Of a stretch of 63,963 nucleotides of DNA, positions 27,787-36,165 are shown piece after piece. The notes under the pieces were generated by a model. The model did not search any database and was not told the DNA's origin. It was given only the letters and a program-made list of their open reading frames with translations. The translations under genes and the position numbers were made by a program. Numbering within the stretch: position 1 is the stretch's first letter; the number at the start of each line of letters is the position of its first letter. The DNA comes from Candidatus Kerfeldbacteria bacterium CG_4_10_14_0_8_um_filter_42_10 (GTDB lineage Bacteria; Patescibacteriota; Patescibacteriia; UM-FILTER-42-10): assembly GCA_002784945.1 (NCBI GenBank), contig PFMD01000025.1:1-63963 (forward strand), written 5' to 3'.

Positions 27787-28431
27787 CTAGTTGGTTTTTT
27801 GATACTTAATTATCCAATACATTCCCAGGTGAATTTTCTTTTCCAAGACCTGCTGCATTCCGGCCGAATCAAAAAAATTATTCAGAAGATGCTTGTCAAA
27901 TTGGTGAACGTGCGCATCATGCCACACGCGGCCGCGCCCTTTGGTCCAAAAAAACCAGACGGTCTTGAACAAAGCGTTCTCCTTGGGAACGGCTAAAATA
28001 AAAATTCCTTGCGGCTTTAATACTCGGCGTATTTCCTGAGAAACGAACTTAAGATTAGGAATATGCTCCAGCACGTCAAAGGCAGTAACGGCATCAAAGG
28101 AATTATCAGCAAAGGGAATTCCCTTTTGAATATCCGCGGCCAGGAATTTCAGCCGGGGGTATTTTTTTTGGGCATACTGGATCGCTTTTGGCGAAAGATC
28201 AATGCCGGTAGCAGTGGTTTTTAAATAGTCCGCGATTTTGGAGGTCATTAGGCCGCCGTGGCATCCTAAGTCCAAGATCTTACTTCCCGCACCTTGAAGC
28301 AATTCCGGAAGAATTTTAAATCTCTTTTCGTGCCAATATTTCTGAAAAAAATTCTTTTGGATTCCCTGATCATAATAATCAGGCGGCACAGCGCTATGCA
28401 GTTCATTCAACTGATCAGGGGCAATGTTCAT
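27787..28431 (-). CDS. Class I SAM-dependent methyltransferase
   Basis: ILDLGCHGG (motif I), DAVTAFDVLEH, and a VLKPQG post-I pattern. Confidence 0.8.
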   Translation of the reverse strand: MNIAPDQLNELHSAVPPDYYDQGIQKNFFQKYWHEKRFKILPELLQGAGSKILDLGCHGGLMTSKIADYLKTTATGIDLSPKAIQYAQKKYPRLKFLAADIQKGIPFADNSFDAVTAFDVLEHIPNLKFVSQEIRRVLKPQGIFILAVPKENALFKTVWFFWTKGRGRVWHDAHVHQFDKHLLNNFFDSAGMQQVLEKKIHLGMYWIIKYQKTN

Positions 28432-30044
28432 TATTCCTTTATTTGATAGATTTTAGCCTCTTGATCCTCATAGACCAGCTGAAAATGAGAATCATTTTTA
28501 AAGTTATTGTCCATGGCGGTATGATCTTTTTCCAAGAAAACGGTGGCGCTTTGAAAATCATTCTTAATTATATCATAAAGGTCGTTGCTTTCTTCTCCCG
28601 TGGTAATATGAACCCATTTCCAGTAAAGGTCCTGGCTGTATTTATACATAAAGGTGGGGTCCAATCCGACAATGTAATGATTATGGGTATTGTGGTAGAA
28701 AAGAATGGGAAACTCGTCCCAGTCGCTGTGCAGCACCAGGGATCCTGCAGAAGTATTGTTTTTCAGCCAGGTGCTGGCCGCTTGAAATTTATCGTAGCGC
28801 AACCCCGATCCAAAACTGTTGTGTTCTTGCTTCAAATCCCGCAGGACAATAGTGGGAACAGCCACTAGAAAGTAAACGGCCAGAATGGTAAAAACCACCT
28901 TTTTGCTGAAATAGTACAAGGTTACTTTTTTAAACAAGGAGCGAAAATCTATTTTCTGGATCAAGGGGTGAATGGCGAAAGCGCCGAACATCATCCCGAA
29001 AGGAACGAAATATTCCACGTAACGGCGGGATTTTAAAGTTAAAACCAAAAAGAAAAGCGTCAGAATCAACAAGACGAAAGACCTTCTGCTTTGCTTTCGA
29101 ATGGTAATGAAAAAAACCACTAAAGCCGTAATCAGGATTAAAAAAAGAAATACGGCGTTGGGGACCAGCTGATTGAACTGATAAGGATACCATTCGCCTC
29201 CCACTCCGATTATTTTTTGATAATTGACAATGCCGATTTCGACTAATTGCGACCAATAAAAAGGAAGGTTCTGGGGAAAATAAGGATTAATGACCAGTCC
29301 GGTCAAAATTCCGCCCAGAGCGGCCAGAAATAGTTTCAACTCTTTTCCTTTGGCGATTAAAGGAGCCAGGGCCGGCCGGTGGCGGAAAAGCTTGTTGAGT
29401 ACTCCGTTTCTTTTCTCTTGAAAATGGAAAGCGATACTGATCACGCCATAAGTAGCCGCCACCACCAAGGTCAAAGGAAAACCGCCATAAGCCCAGACAA
29501 AAACGGCGGAAATTACAAACAGCAGCTTCGGCCGGTAATTAAAAACGCACCACAGAACCATAAAAAGAAAAATAATCGACACGGAAGGCGCTTTCGCCAA
29601 GCTGATTCGAAAAGTGAACGGCTCAATAAACAACAAAAGAAGGCTGTACAGCCAGGCCAGCCGGATCTTTTCTTGTTTTAGAAACCAATAAAAGCCGGCT
29701 ATTAAAAAGGCGCCTAAAAAAATGGTGGCGACTTTAATTCCGATAGCCGGGCTCAAGATGGCCAGAAAGGGAATTAGAAAAACATGATAAAGAAAATGCT
29801 GGTCCGTATAGGCTCCTCCTAAAATAGTGTAGTCCGAAAGCCAAGGGAAATTCCGGGCGAGGTTTCCTTCTTGGATCAACAATCCCATCTTCATATGATA
29901 AAAAGAATCAGGATCGGGAAAATCCGGCGTGTACTGGATATAGAAAAACACTCCGAAGGCAATTAAAAAAATAACCAGATAGCCGATGAGTGGTTTTTCA
30001 AAATATGAAAATGGTTTTTGGTGAAAAATTGATTTAAAAAACAC
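28431..30044 (-). CDS. Polytopic membrane protein, GT-C-like candidate (DPD acidic loop)
   Basis: 537 aa. The first extracytoplasmic loop carries DPDSFYHMK, reminiscent of the DxD-type acidic motif of GT-C enzymes. It has more than 10 TM segments plus a C-terminal soluble domain. Confidence 0.5.
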   Translation of the reverse strand: MFFKSIFHQKPFSYFEKPLIGYLVIFLIAFGVFFYIQYTPDFPDPDSFYHMKMGLLIQEGNLARNFPWLSDYTILGGAYTDQHFLYHVFLIPFLAILSPAIGIKVATIFLGAFLIAGFYWFLKQEKIRLAWLYSLLLLFIEPFTFRISLAKAPSVSIIFLFMVLWCVFNYRPKLLFVISAVFVWAYGGFPLTLVVAATYGVISIAFHFQEKRNGVLNKLFRHRPALAPLIAKGKELKLFLAALGGILTGLVINPYFPQNLPFYWSQLVEIGIVNYQKIIGVGGEWYPYQFNQLVPNAVFLFLILITALVVFFITIRKQSRRSFVLLILTLFFLVLTLKSRRYVEYFVPFGMMFGAFAIHPLIQKIDFRSLFKKVTLYYFSKKVVFTILAVYFLVAVPTIVLRDLKQEHNSFGSGLRYDKFQAASTWLKNNTSAGSLVLHSDWDEFPILFYHNTHNHYIVGLDPTFMYKYSQDLYWKWVHITTGEESNDLYDIIKNDFQSATVFLEKDHTAMDNNFKNDSHFQLVYEDQEAKIYQIKE

Positions 30045-30053
30045 GATTTTTAA

Positions 30054-30195
30054 GAGGGTAAAAGAGCTAAGTGAGTTAAAAGGAAAAAGTGGAAAGGGTA
30101 AAAGAGATAAAGGTAAAAAGACGGAATGGATCTTTTCTCCTTTTACCCTTTTTCTCTTCTAATCCCCTAGCTCCTTTAACTCTTTTCTGCCTTTT
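30054..30195. repeat. A/G-rich imperfect palindrome (GGGTAAAAGAGCTAAG family)
   Basis: Left arm GAGGGTAAAAGAGCTAAGTGAG...GGGTAAAAGAG. Right arm CTCCTTTTACCC...CTAGCTCCTTTAACTCTTTTC. Related copies lie at 31616-31722 and 50359-50495. Confidence 0.7.
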
Positions 30196-30253
30196 AATAT
30201 TGATTCCTGCCAAGCATGGATGCAAGAATCATTGTTCCGACATAGCGAGGGAT

Positions 30254-31330
30254 TTATTTGTATTTCTTTAGCTCTTCTTTAAAATAATCAACCCAAGGAA
30301 TCAGGGCCGGATTCGTTTTGTTCAGCAGGGCCAAGTAATAACTGACGTATCCTCCCAAAGAAAGGATTTCGAATACCTGTTCGATCTTCGTTTTAGCCTT
30401 GGATTTATAACTAAGAGTGCTTATTTTATGCTTCTGGATCACCTTTCTAGTGATGGCGTACCTGATTTTAACCCGCGGGTGATACAGATCGGATTCAATA
30501 AACAAGAACAGCAAGGAGCTTTTATTAGACGAAGGGTTTTTCAGCCCTTCCAGCAGATGATGATTCAGCTCCGGAATGGCAAAATAAGTCGCAAAATTCT
30601 TTCCGTTTTCGTTGATTTGATTAGCAAAAGTATGAGCATTGGCGATTAAAAATTCTGACCCTACTAGTAGCGGGGTTTTATCATAACAAGCCAGAGCGAT
30701 TTTTTTGGCGGGATTGTTCTTGGCGGGATGAGATATTTTGAATCGCTGATTCACTTTTTCTAACAGTTTGATTACCTTTCTTAGTTCAGCGTCGCTAACT
30801 TTAAGAAACCCACATTTCTTAAGCAGCCCAATCTGGCCCATTACCGAATAACCCACGCCCATTCTGGGCTCGCCGCAAGGATTATGGATAGGATTAAAAA
30901 CATAGCCGGGCAGTTTTTGTTTCTTAAGAAACCGAGCCAGCCGGCCGTTGGTGGTGATTCCTAAAATTTTGACTTTTTTTTGAAGCGCCAGGCGGGCGGC
31001 GGTAAGCGTCTCTTCGGTAGTGCCGGAATAGCTGGAAAAAAGACAGAGCGTGTCGGAAGAAAGCGAAGCCGGAAGACTGTAATTATTAATCACCTGCAAG
31101 GGAACTTTCAGCTGATTATAAAAAAGCGACTGGATGATCTGGCCGCCCAGAGCGGAGCCACCCATGCCGCTAATTAAAATATTTTTCGCTTTTCGGTAAG
31201 AAGGGGGGATGCGCACTTTTTTCACCTCGCGCCACGCTTGCCGACACTGCTTTTCCAGCGATTCCAAAGAGGTACGCATCTTATTTCTATCCAGCCGGTT
31301 GATTTGAGAGATTTGATCTAAAATATTCAT
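30254..31330 (-). CDS. Bifunctional phosphoglucose/phosphomannose isomerase (SIS domain)
   Basis: ISGMGGSALGG and SYSGTTEETL SIS motifs. The size and C-terminal half are typical of the PGI/PMI family. Confidence 0.75.
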   Translation of the reverse strand: MNILDQISQINRLDRNKMRTSLESLEKQCRQAWREVKKVRIPPSYRKAKNILISGMGGSALGGQIIQSLFYNQLKVPLQVINNYSLPASLSSDTLCLFSSYSGTTEETLTAARLALQKKVKILGITTNGRLARFLKKQKLPGYVFNPIHNPCGEPRMGVGYSVMGQIGLLKKCGFLKVSDAELRKVIKLLEKVNQRFKISHPAKNNPAKKIALACYDKTPLLVGSEFLIANAHTFANQINENGKNFATYFAIPELNHHLLEGLKNPSSNKSSLLFLFIESDLYHPRVKIRYAITRKVIQKHKISTLSYKSKAKTKIEQVFEILSLGGYVSYYLALLNKTNPALIPWVDYFKEELKKYK

Positions 31331-31526
31331 CCCGTTAGAAGCAGATCGCGATCAACCCCGTTAGAACTCTCATATATGGTAAAAGAGTCATTTTAACGGT
31401 TTGTTCTAACGGGGTCAATTTCGATCTACGTAAGTTAATATTAATTTTGTCTTACTTCTTATTATTACTAAATTATTTATACCGCGATGCGATCGCGGCT
31501 TCTAACGGGATTCATTCCCGTTAGAT
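31331..31526. repeat. Nested cluster of five CCCGTTAGA(A) / TTCTAACGGG copies
   Basis: Copies at 31331-31340 (+), 31357-31366 (+), 31404-31413 (rc), 31500-31509 (rc), and 31517-31526 (+, variant ...GAT). They form outer and inner inverted pairs plus a terminal tight hairpin. Confidence 0.9.
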
Positions 31527-31776
31527 ATTAATTAGAGAAAAGAGGTGGTTAGACAGTTTTAAGTTGAGACCAGTATATCAATTTTTTTTTATCATTACAA
31601 GCAAAAGTCATGATTAAAAGGGTAAAAGGAGCTAAAAGAACTACGGGGCAAAAAGGGGGGAGGGGAAAAAGGGAGAGGGTTACTTCGTTTTCTTTGCCTA
31701 TTTTATTCTTCATCTTTTTTGCCGTCATCCCATACTACAAGCTACAAGCTAACATCCTAAATTCCTAAATTTTGCA

Positions 31777-31805
31777 TTGACTTATGGTATACTTTCTGTT
31801 ATATT
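31777..31805 (+). promoter_or_regulatory. Sigma70-type promoter
   Basis: TTGACT (31777-31782), 17 nt, TATATT (31800-31805), upstream of the CDS at 31844. Confidence 0.55.
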
Positions 31806-31843
31806 TTTAACGCAAACTACATTTTTTTAAAGGTCAGAACAAC

Positions 31844-32572
31844 ATGTCGGGACACTCAAAATGGGCACAAATTAAAAGACAAAAAGGAGTGGCTGATGCA
31901 AAAAAGGGCACTCTTTTTACTAAACTGGCCAACACCATTACCATTGCGGCCCGCGAAGGAGGAGGAAATCCCGAATCTAATTTCAAATTGCGGCTGGCCA
32001 TGGAAAAAGCCAGACAGGCCAACATGCCTAAAGACAACGTAGAGCGGGCCGTTAAAAGAGGAACGGGCGAACTGGAAGGAGTGCAAATAGAAGAAATCAC
32101 CTACGAAGCTTTTGGACCGGAAGGATTAGCTTTGTTGATTGAAACGGTAACGGATAATAAAAATCGGACCGCTTCGGAAATACGCAAAATCGTCACCAAA
32201 CACAACGGCCGACTAGGAGAAGCCAACAGCGTCAACTGGATGTTCGAGCGCAAAGGAGTTATTTATTTAAAAAAGCCGGATTCCGCCGAAGCGAAAGAGA
32301 CGCTGGAGCTGGAGCTGATCGACCAGGGAGCGGAGGATATTAAAGAAGAAGGTGAAATGTTCATTGTTTATTCCCGGCCGACCGATTTGGAAAAAATAAA
32401 AAAAATAATAGAGGGAAAGAACATTCCCGTGGAGCACGCCGCCGTAGAATTTATTGTCAATAACCCGCTGGACCATTCTCAAATAAAAAGCCCGGAAAAA
32501 ATCCAGAGATTTTTAGAGGAACTGGAAAACAGCGAAGAAGTAAATAACTTCTTTTCTAACTATGAAGAATAG
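31844..32572 (+). CDS. YebC/PmpR family DNA-binding regulator
   Basis: MSGHSKWAQIKRQKGVADAKKG N-terminus is diagnostic of the YebC family. Confidence 0.9.
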   Translation: MSGHSKWAQIKRQKGVADAKKGTLFTKLANTITIAAREGGGNPESNFKLRLAMEKARQANMPKDNVERAVKRGTGELEGVQIEEITYEAFGPEGLALLIETVTDNKNRTASEIRKIVTKHNGRLGEANSVNWMFERKGVIYLKKPDSAEAKETLELELIDQGAEDIKEEGEMFIVYSRPTDLEKIKKIIEGKNIPVEHAAVEFIVNNPLDHSQIKSPEKIQRFLEELENSEEVNNFFSNYEE

Positions 32573-33053
32573 CAAAGAGCAGTTGGTGCTGGGGATCGAT
32601 CCCGGAGTGGCCAGCGTCGGCTGGGCCATTGTACAAGGGAAAAATGATTCCGTCTCCTTTCAAAAAGCCGGCTGCATTCAAACCAGCAAGCATGGATCCT
32701 TCGGTAAAAGAGTGGCCTTAATCTACCGGGCCCTTAACGCCATAATAAAAAAATATCATCCTGATGTAGTCGCCGTGGAACAGCTCTTCTTTTATAAAAA
32801 CGTTAAAACGGCCATTGTCGTCAGTCAGGCGCGGGGAGTGATTTTGCTGGCGGCCGAACAGGCCGGACTGCCGATTACCGAATTCACGCCCCTAGAAGTA
32901 AAGCAGGCTATTTGCGGCTACGGCCGGGCGGAAAAACAGCAGATTCAAAAAATGATCAAAGTCCTGCTCCGATTGAAAAGCATTCCGCAGTCGGATGACG
33001 CCGCCGACGCGCTGGCCATTGCGGTATGCAGTTTAATTACGAAAGAATTTTAA
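32562..33053 (+). CDS. ruvC: Holliday junction resolvase RuvC
   Basis: LGIDPGVASVGWAIV, VAVEQLFF and DAADALAIAVC motifs. 11-nt overlap with yebC. Confidence 0.9.
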   Translation: MKNSKEQLVLGIDPGVASVGWAIVQGKNDSVSFQKAGCIQTSKHGSFGKRVALIYRALNAIIKKYHPDVVAVEQLFFYKNVKTAIVVSQARGVILLAAEQAGLPITEFTPLEVKQAICGYGRAEKQQIQKMIKVLLRLKSIPQSDDAADALAIAVCSLITKEF

Positions 33054-33056
33054 ATA

Positions 33057-33092
33057 GCATGAAGGCGAATTTGCGCAAATTCGCCTTCATGC
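33057..33092. repeat. Perfect 36-nt loop-less palindrome
   Basis: GCATGAAGGCGAATTTGC|GCAAATTCGCCTTCATGC. Related to the palindrome at 38002-38029. Confidence 0.9.
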
Positions 33093-33108
33093 TCGCTGAA
33101 CAAATAAA

Positions 33109-34608
33109 ATGCAACAGTTTCTAAACATCGTCTCGGTCTCTTCTGAAGTGGATCCCTTTTCCAAAAGCGGCGGTTTGGCCGACGTGGCGCGCGCCCTGCC
33201 CAAAGCTTTAAAAAGGCTGGGGCACAATGTCATTGTTATCACCCCTTTGCACGGCACCGCTCTGCGGGAAGATTTTAAGTTAAAAAAAATCAAACAGGAT
33301 GTTCCGATAGTAATTGATTCCTCGGCCACCGTAGCAGCCGATTTCTGGATGGGCGAACTGCCCGCCGGCGTCCCGATTTATTTCATCGACCACAGCCGGT
33401 TTTTCTCTTCCCATAAAAAAATCTACGGCTCTAAAACGGAAAATTTAAGGTTTTATTTTTTCGATCTGGCCGTCTTCGAACTGCTGCAGTTCTTGGCGTT
33501 CAAGCCGGACATTATCCAGTGCCACGAATGGCACACCGGCTTGGTTCCTTATCTTTTAAAGACCAGGTTTTCAGACCATCCTTTGTTTAAAGAAACCGCT
33601 TCCGTCTTCACCATTCACAACCTGGCTTTCCAAATGGGCAAAAACTGGTGGGAGGTTCCGCTAAAACAGAAAGACGAAGGCTATGCCAAGCTGCCTTTAT
33701 TTGACGAGAAAAATAAAATCGAAAATATCAACCTGGCCAAACGCGGAATCATCCATGCCGACATTATCAATACCGTTTCGGAACAATATGCCGAAGAGAT
33801 TATGACCAAAAAATTCGGGCAGGCCTTGGACCGCATCCTGCAGAACCGCTCCGACCGTCTGTTCGGAATAATCAACGGCATCGATTACCGCGATTATAAT
33901 CCCGCCACGGACCCCGGCCTGTATAAAAACTACGACTTTGATTCCCTGCACTTAAAAACCAAGAACAAACTCTTTCTGCAAAGAATGTTTAAGCTGCCGG
34001 AAAACCCGAAAGTGCCCTTAATTGCCATGGTCTCCCGCATCACCGAACAAAAAGGTTTCGATTTAATCATGGACATTTTGGATCCCCTGCTCAGGTTGGA
34101 TCTTCAGATTGTGGTTATGGGCGGCGGGGACAAGAAATACGAGAGTTTTTTTCGCAAATACATCAAAAAAAATCCCAAAAAAATCGCCGCTCACCTCCAG
34201 TTCGACCTCAATCATGCCACTAAGGTGTATGCCGGATCAGACATGTTTTTAATGCCTTCCCGCTTCGAACCGTGCGGATTGGGGCAAATGATCAGCCTCC
34301 GTTACGGCTCGATTCCGATTGTTCGGGCGACCGGCGGGCTGGTCGATACCATTACCGACTATAACGCCCGCACCCAAAAAGGGAACGGCTTCACGTTTAA
34401 AACCTACGACTCTCGGGATTTATTAGTCGCCATCACCCGCGCCATTGAAAACCACAAGCACCGCGAAGAATGGATTGAGCTGATGAAAAAAGGAATGCAG
34501 TTGAGCTTCTCCTGGAAGATCCCCGCCAAAAAATACGTTTTATTGTTCCGCAAAGCGATTAAGAACCGAGAATTATCCGAAGAGAAAAAAGAAAACGAGT
34601 CCCGTTAG
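33109..34608 (+). CDS. glgA: Glycogen/starch synthase (GT5)
   Basis: SSEVDPFSKSGGLADV N-terminal motif and the C-terminal SRFEPCGLGQM block. Confidence 0.9.
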   Translation: MQQFLNIVSVSSEVDPFSKSGGLADVARALPKALKRLGHNVIVITPLHGTALREDFKLKKIKQDVPIVIDSSATVAADFWMGELPAGVPIYFIDHSRFFSSHKKIYGSKTENLRFYFFDLAVFELLQFLAFKPDIIQCHEWHTGLVPYLLKTRFSDHPLFKETASVFTIHNLAFQMGKNWWEVPLKQKDEGYAKLPLFDEKNKIENINLAKRGIIHADIINTVSEQYAEEIMTKKFGQALDRILQNRSDRLFGIINGIDYRDYNPATDPGLYKNYDFDSLHLKTKNKLFLQRMFKLPENPKVPLIAMVSRITEQKGFDLIMDILDPLLRLDLQIVVMGGGDKKYESFFRKYIKKNPKKIAAHLQFDLNHATKVYAGSDMFLMPSRFEPCGLGQMISLRYGSIPIVRATGGLVDTITDYNARTQKGNGFTFKTYDSRDLLVAITRAIENHKHREEWIELMKKGMQLSFSWKIPAKKYVLLFRKAIKNRELSEEKKENESR

Positions 34609-34715
34609 AGGCTGCGGTCGCGATAAAGATAATATTGATTAATTATATGATAAATAAGATACCTTATCAGTTTAATAACCAGCGGGCTCGAGGCCGCGAC
34701 CTGCCTCTAAACGGG
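34601..34715. repeat. Variant CCCGTTAGAGGCTGCGGTCGCG / CGCGACCTGCCTCTAAACGGG inverted repeat
   Basis: The left arm contains the glgA stop codon (TAG 34606-34608). The right arm ends 1 nt before the ATG at 34716. Confidence 0.8.
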
Positions 34716-35939
34716 ATGAGTAAAGTAAAATGGGCTAGCCTGCTCCACATTTACCAGCCGCCGAATTGGGATCCTAGGGTGATCAAAAAAGTGGCGCGGG
34801 AAAGCTACCGGCCGATTTTAAATATCCTGAAAAAACAAAAAGGCGCCAAAATTACCCTGAACATCAACGCCTCTTTGACGGAGCAGCTTGCGCGCTGGAA
34901 ACTGACCGATTTAATATCCGACTTAAAACTACTGGCTAAAAGAGGGCGGATCGAATTTACCGGCAGCGCCCAATACCACGGGCTGCTCCCCAAACTGCCC
35001 GCTTCTGAAATAGTCCGCCAGATCCGGTTGAACACCCAAACCAATCGAAAATATTTGGGGAAAATCTACCAGCCGAAAGGTTTTTTCTCGCCGGAACTGT
35101 GCTATAGTAATTCTGTGGCTCGTCTGGTGGCTAAAGAAAAATTTGATTGGATGGCGCTGGATGAAATCGCCTTGACGGGAAAATTAAAATCAGTAGATTG
35201 GCAGCAAGGATACCAGGTTAAAGGAACTTCTTTAAAAATAATTTTCCGCAACCGGCTGGCCAGTGATTTGTTTTTAGCCCAGCCCCAGTTAGCCGCAAAA
35301 AAAATGTTCCGCCGGCTTTACCAGAAAAACCAACCGATTATTCTGGCGCTGGACGGAGAAACTTTCGGCCACCATCGGCCTGGCATGGAAAAAGTTTTAC
35401 AGGAACTCTTGAAAGACAAAGCAACGGAAAAAGTTACTTACTCGGAATACTTAAAAGAGTTACGGGACTTTAAAAAAATTACTCCCCTGGCCTCCAGCTG
35501 GGCTTCTTCGGAACAGGAACTGCAAAAAGGAGTGGCTTATGAGCTTTGGGATCATCCCCGAAATCCGATTCACCGCCTGCAGTGGCAACTGTTTAATTTA
35601 GTGGTTCCAATCACCGCTCAGAAAAAAAGCGACCCCTCTTTTCTAAAAGCCCGGCTGTTTCTGGACCAAGCGGAAAACAGCGACCCGTTCTGGTGGGCAT
35701 CATGCCATCCTTGGTGGAGCGTAGAAATTATCGAAGCAGGAGCTCAGCGGCTGGTTAAAGCGCTCACTTTATTAAAAACCGTTCCCGCGGCCAAATTGAA
35801 AAAAGCCCAGGCACTTTCCTCAAAAATTGCCAATTTAGCTCATCTCTGGCAAGATACCGGCAAAGCGGCTCATGAGAAAAAAATGTTCCTGGCCGGCTAT
35901 AAAGCAAAGCCTTATCTGGCCGGGAAGAAAGTTATTTGA
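34716..35939 (+). CDS. Glycoside hydrolase family 57 protein
   Basis: Start moved to Met28 of the tracked ORF (MSKVKWASLLHIYQPPNW), which aligns with the paralog's start MYWSNFLHIYQPP. Contains the LDGETFGHHRPG GH57 block. Confidence 0.8.
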   Translation: MSKVKWASLLHIYQPPNWDPRVIKKVARESYRPILNILKKQKGAKITLNINASLTEQLARWKLTDLISDLKLLAKRGRIEFTGSAQYHGLLPKLPASEIVRQIRLNTQTNRKYLGKIYQPKGFFSPELCYSNSVARLVAKEKFDWMALDEIALTGKLKSVDWQQGYQVKGTSLKIIFRNRLASDLFLAQPQLAAKKMFRRLYQKNQPIILALDGETFGHHRPGMEKVLQELLKDKATEKVTYSEYLKELRDFKKITPLASSWASSEQELQKGVAYELWDHPRNPIHRLQWQLFNLVVPITAQKKSDPSFLKARLFLDQAENSDPFWWASCHPWWSVEIIEAGAQRLVKALTLLKTVPAAKLKKAQALSSKIANLAHLWQDTGKAAHEKKMFLAGYKAKPYLAGKKVI

Positions 35940-36165
35940 TAAATCCAATTCCCGATCGCAGCCGCAGAGAGTTGCGCTCGGGGCATACCGCGGGCCTCCG
36001 CGCCCACGGTTGCTACTAAATTCGAAACGACAGTTTAATGGTAAGGTTTGAAAAATTGGGATTTGTGATTGGGAATTTATTTAGAAACTAGAAATCAGTG
36101 ACTAGTAATTAGTAATTAACCGCGGTTGCCTACAACCTACAAGCTAATTTCCTAACTTCCTAAAA

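Noticed and set aside
34635-34715. N-terminal 27 residues of the tracked GH57 ORF.
   Set aside because: This stretch is the translation of the inverted-repeat element. The paralog and the conserved block begin at Met28, so the start was moved to 34716.
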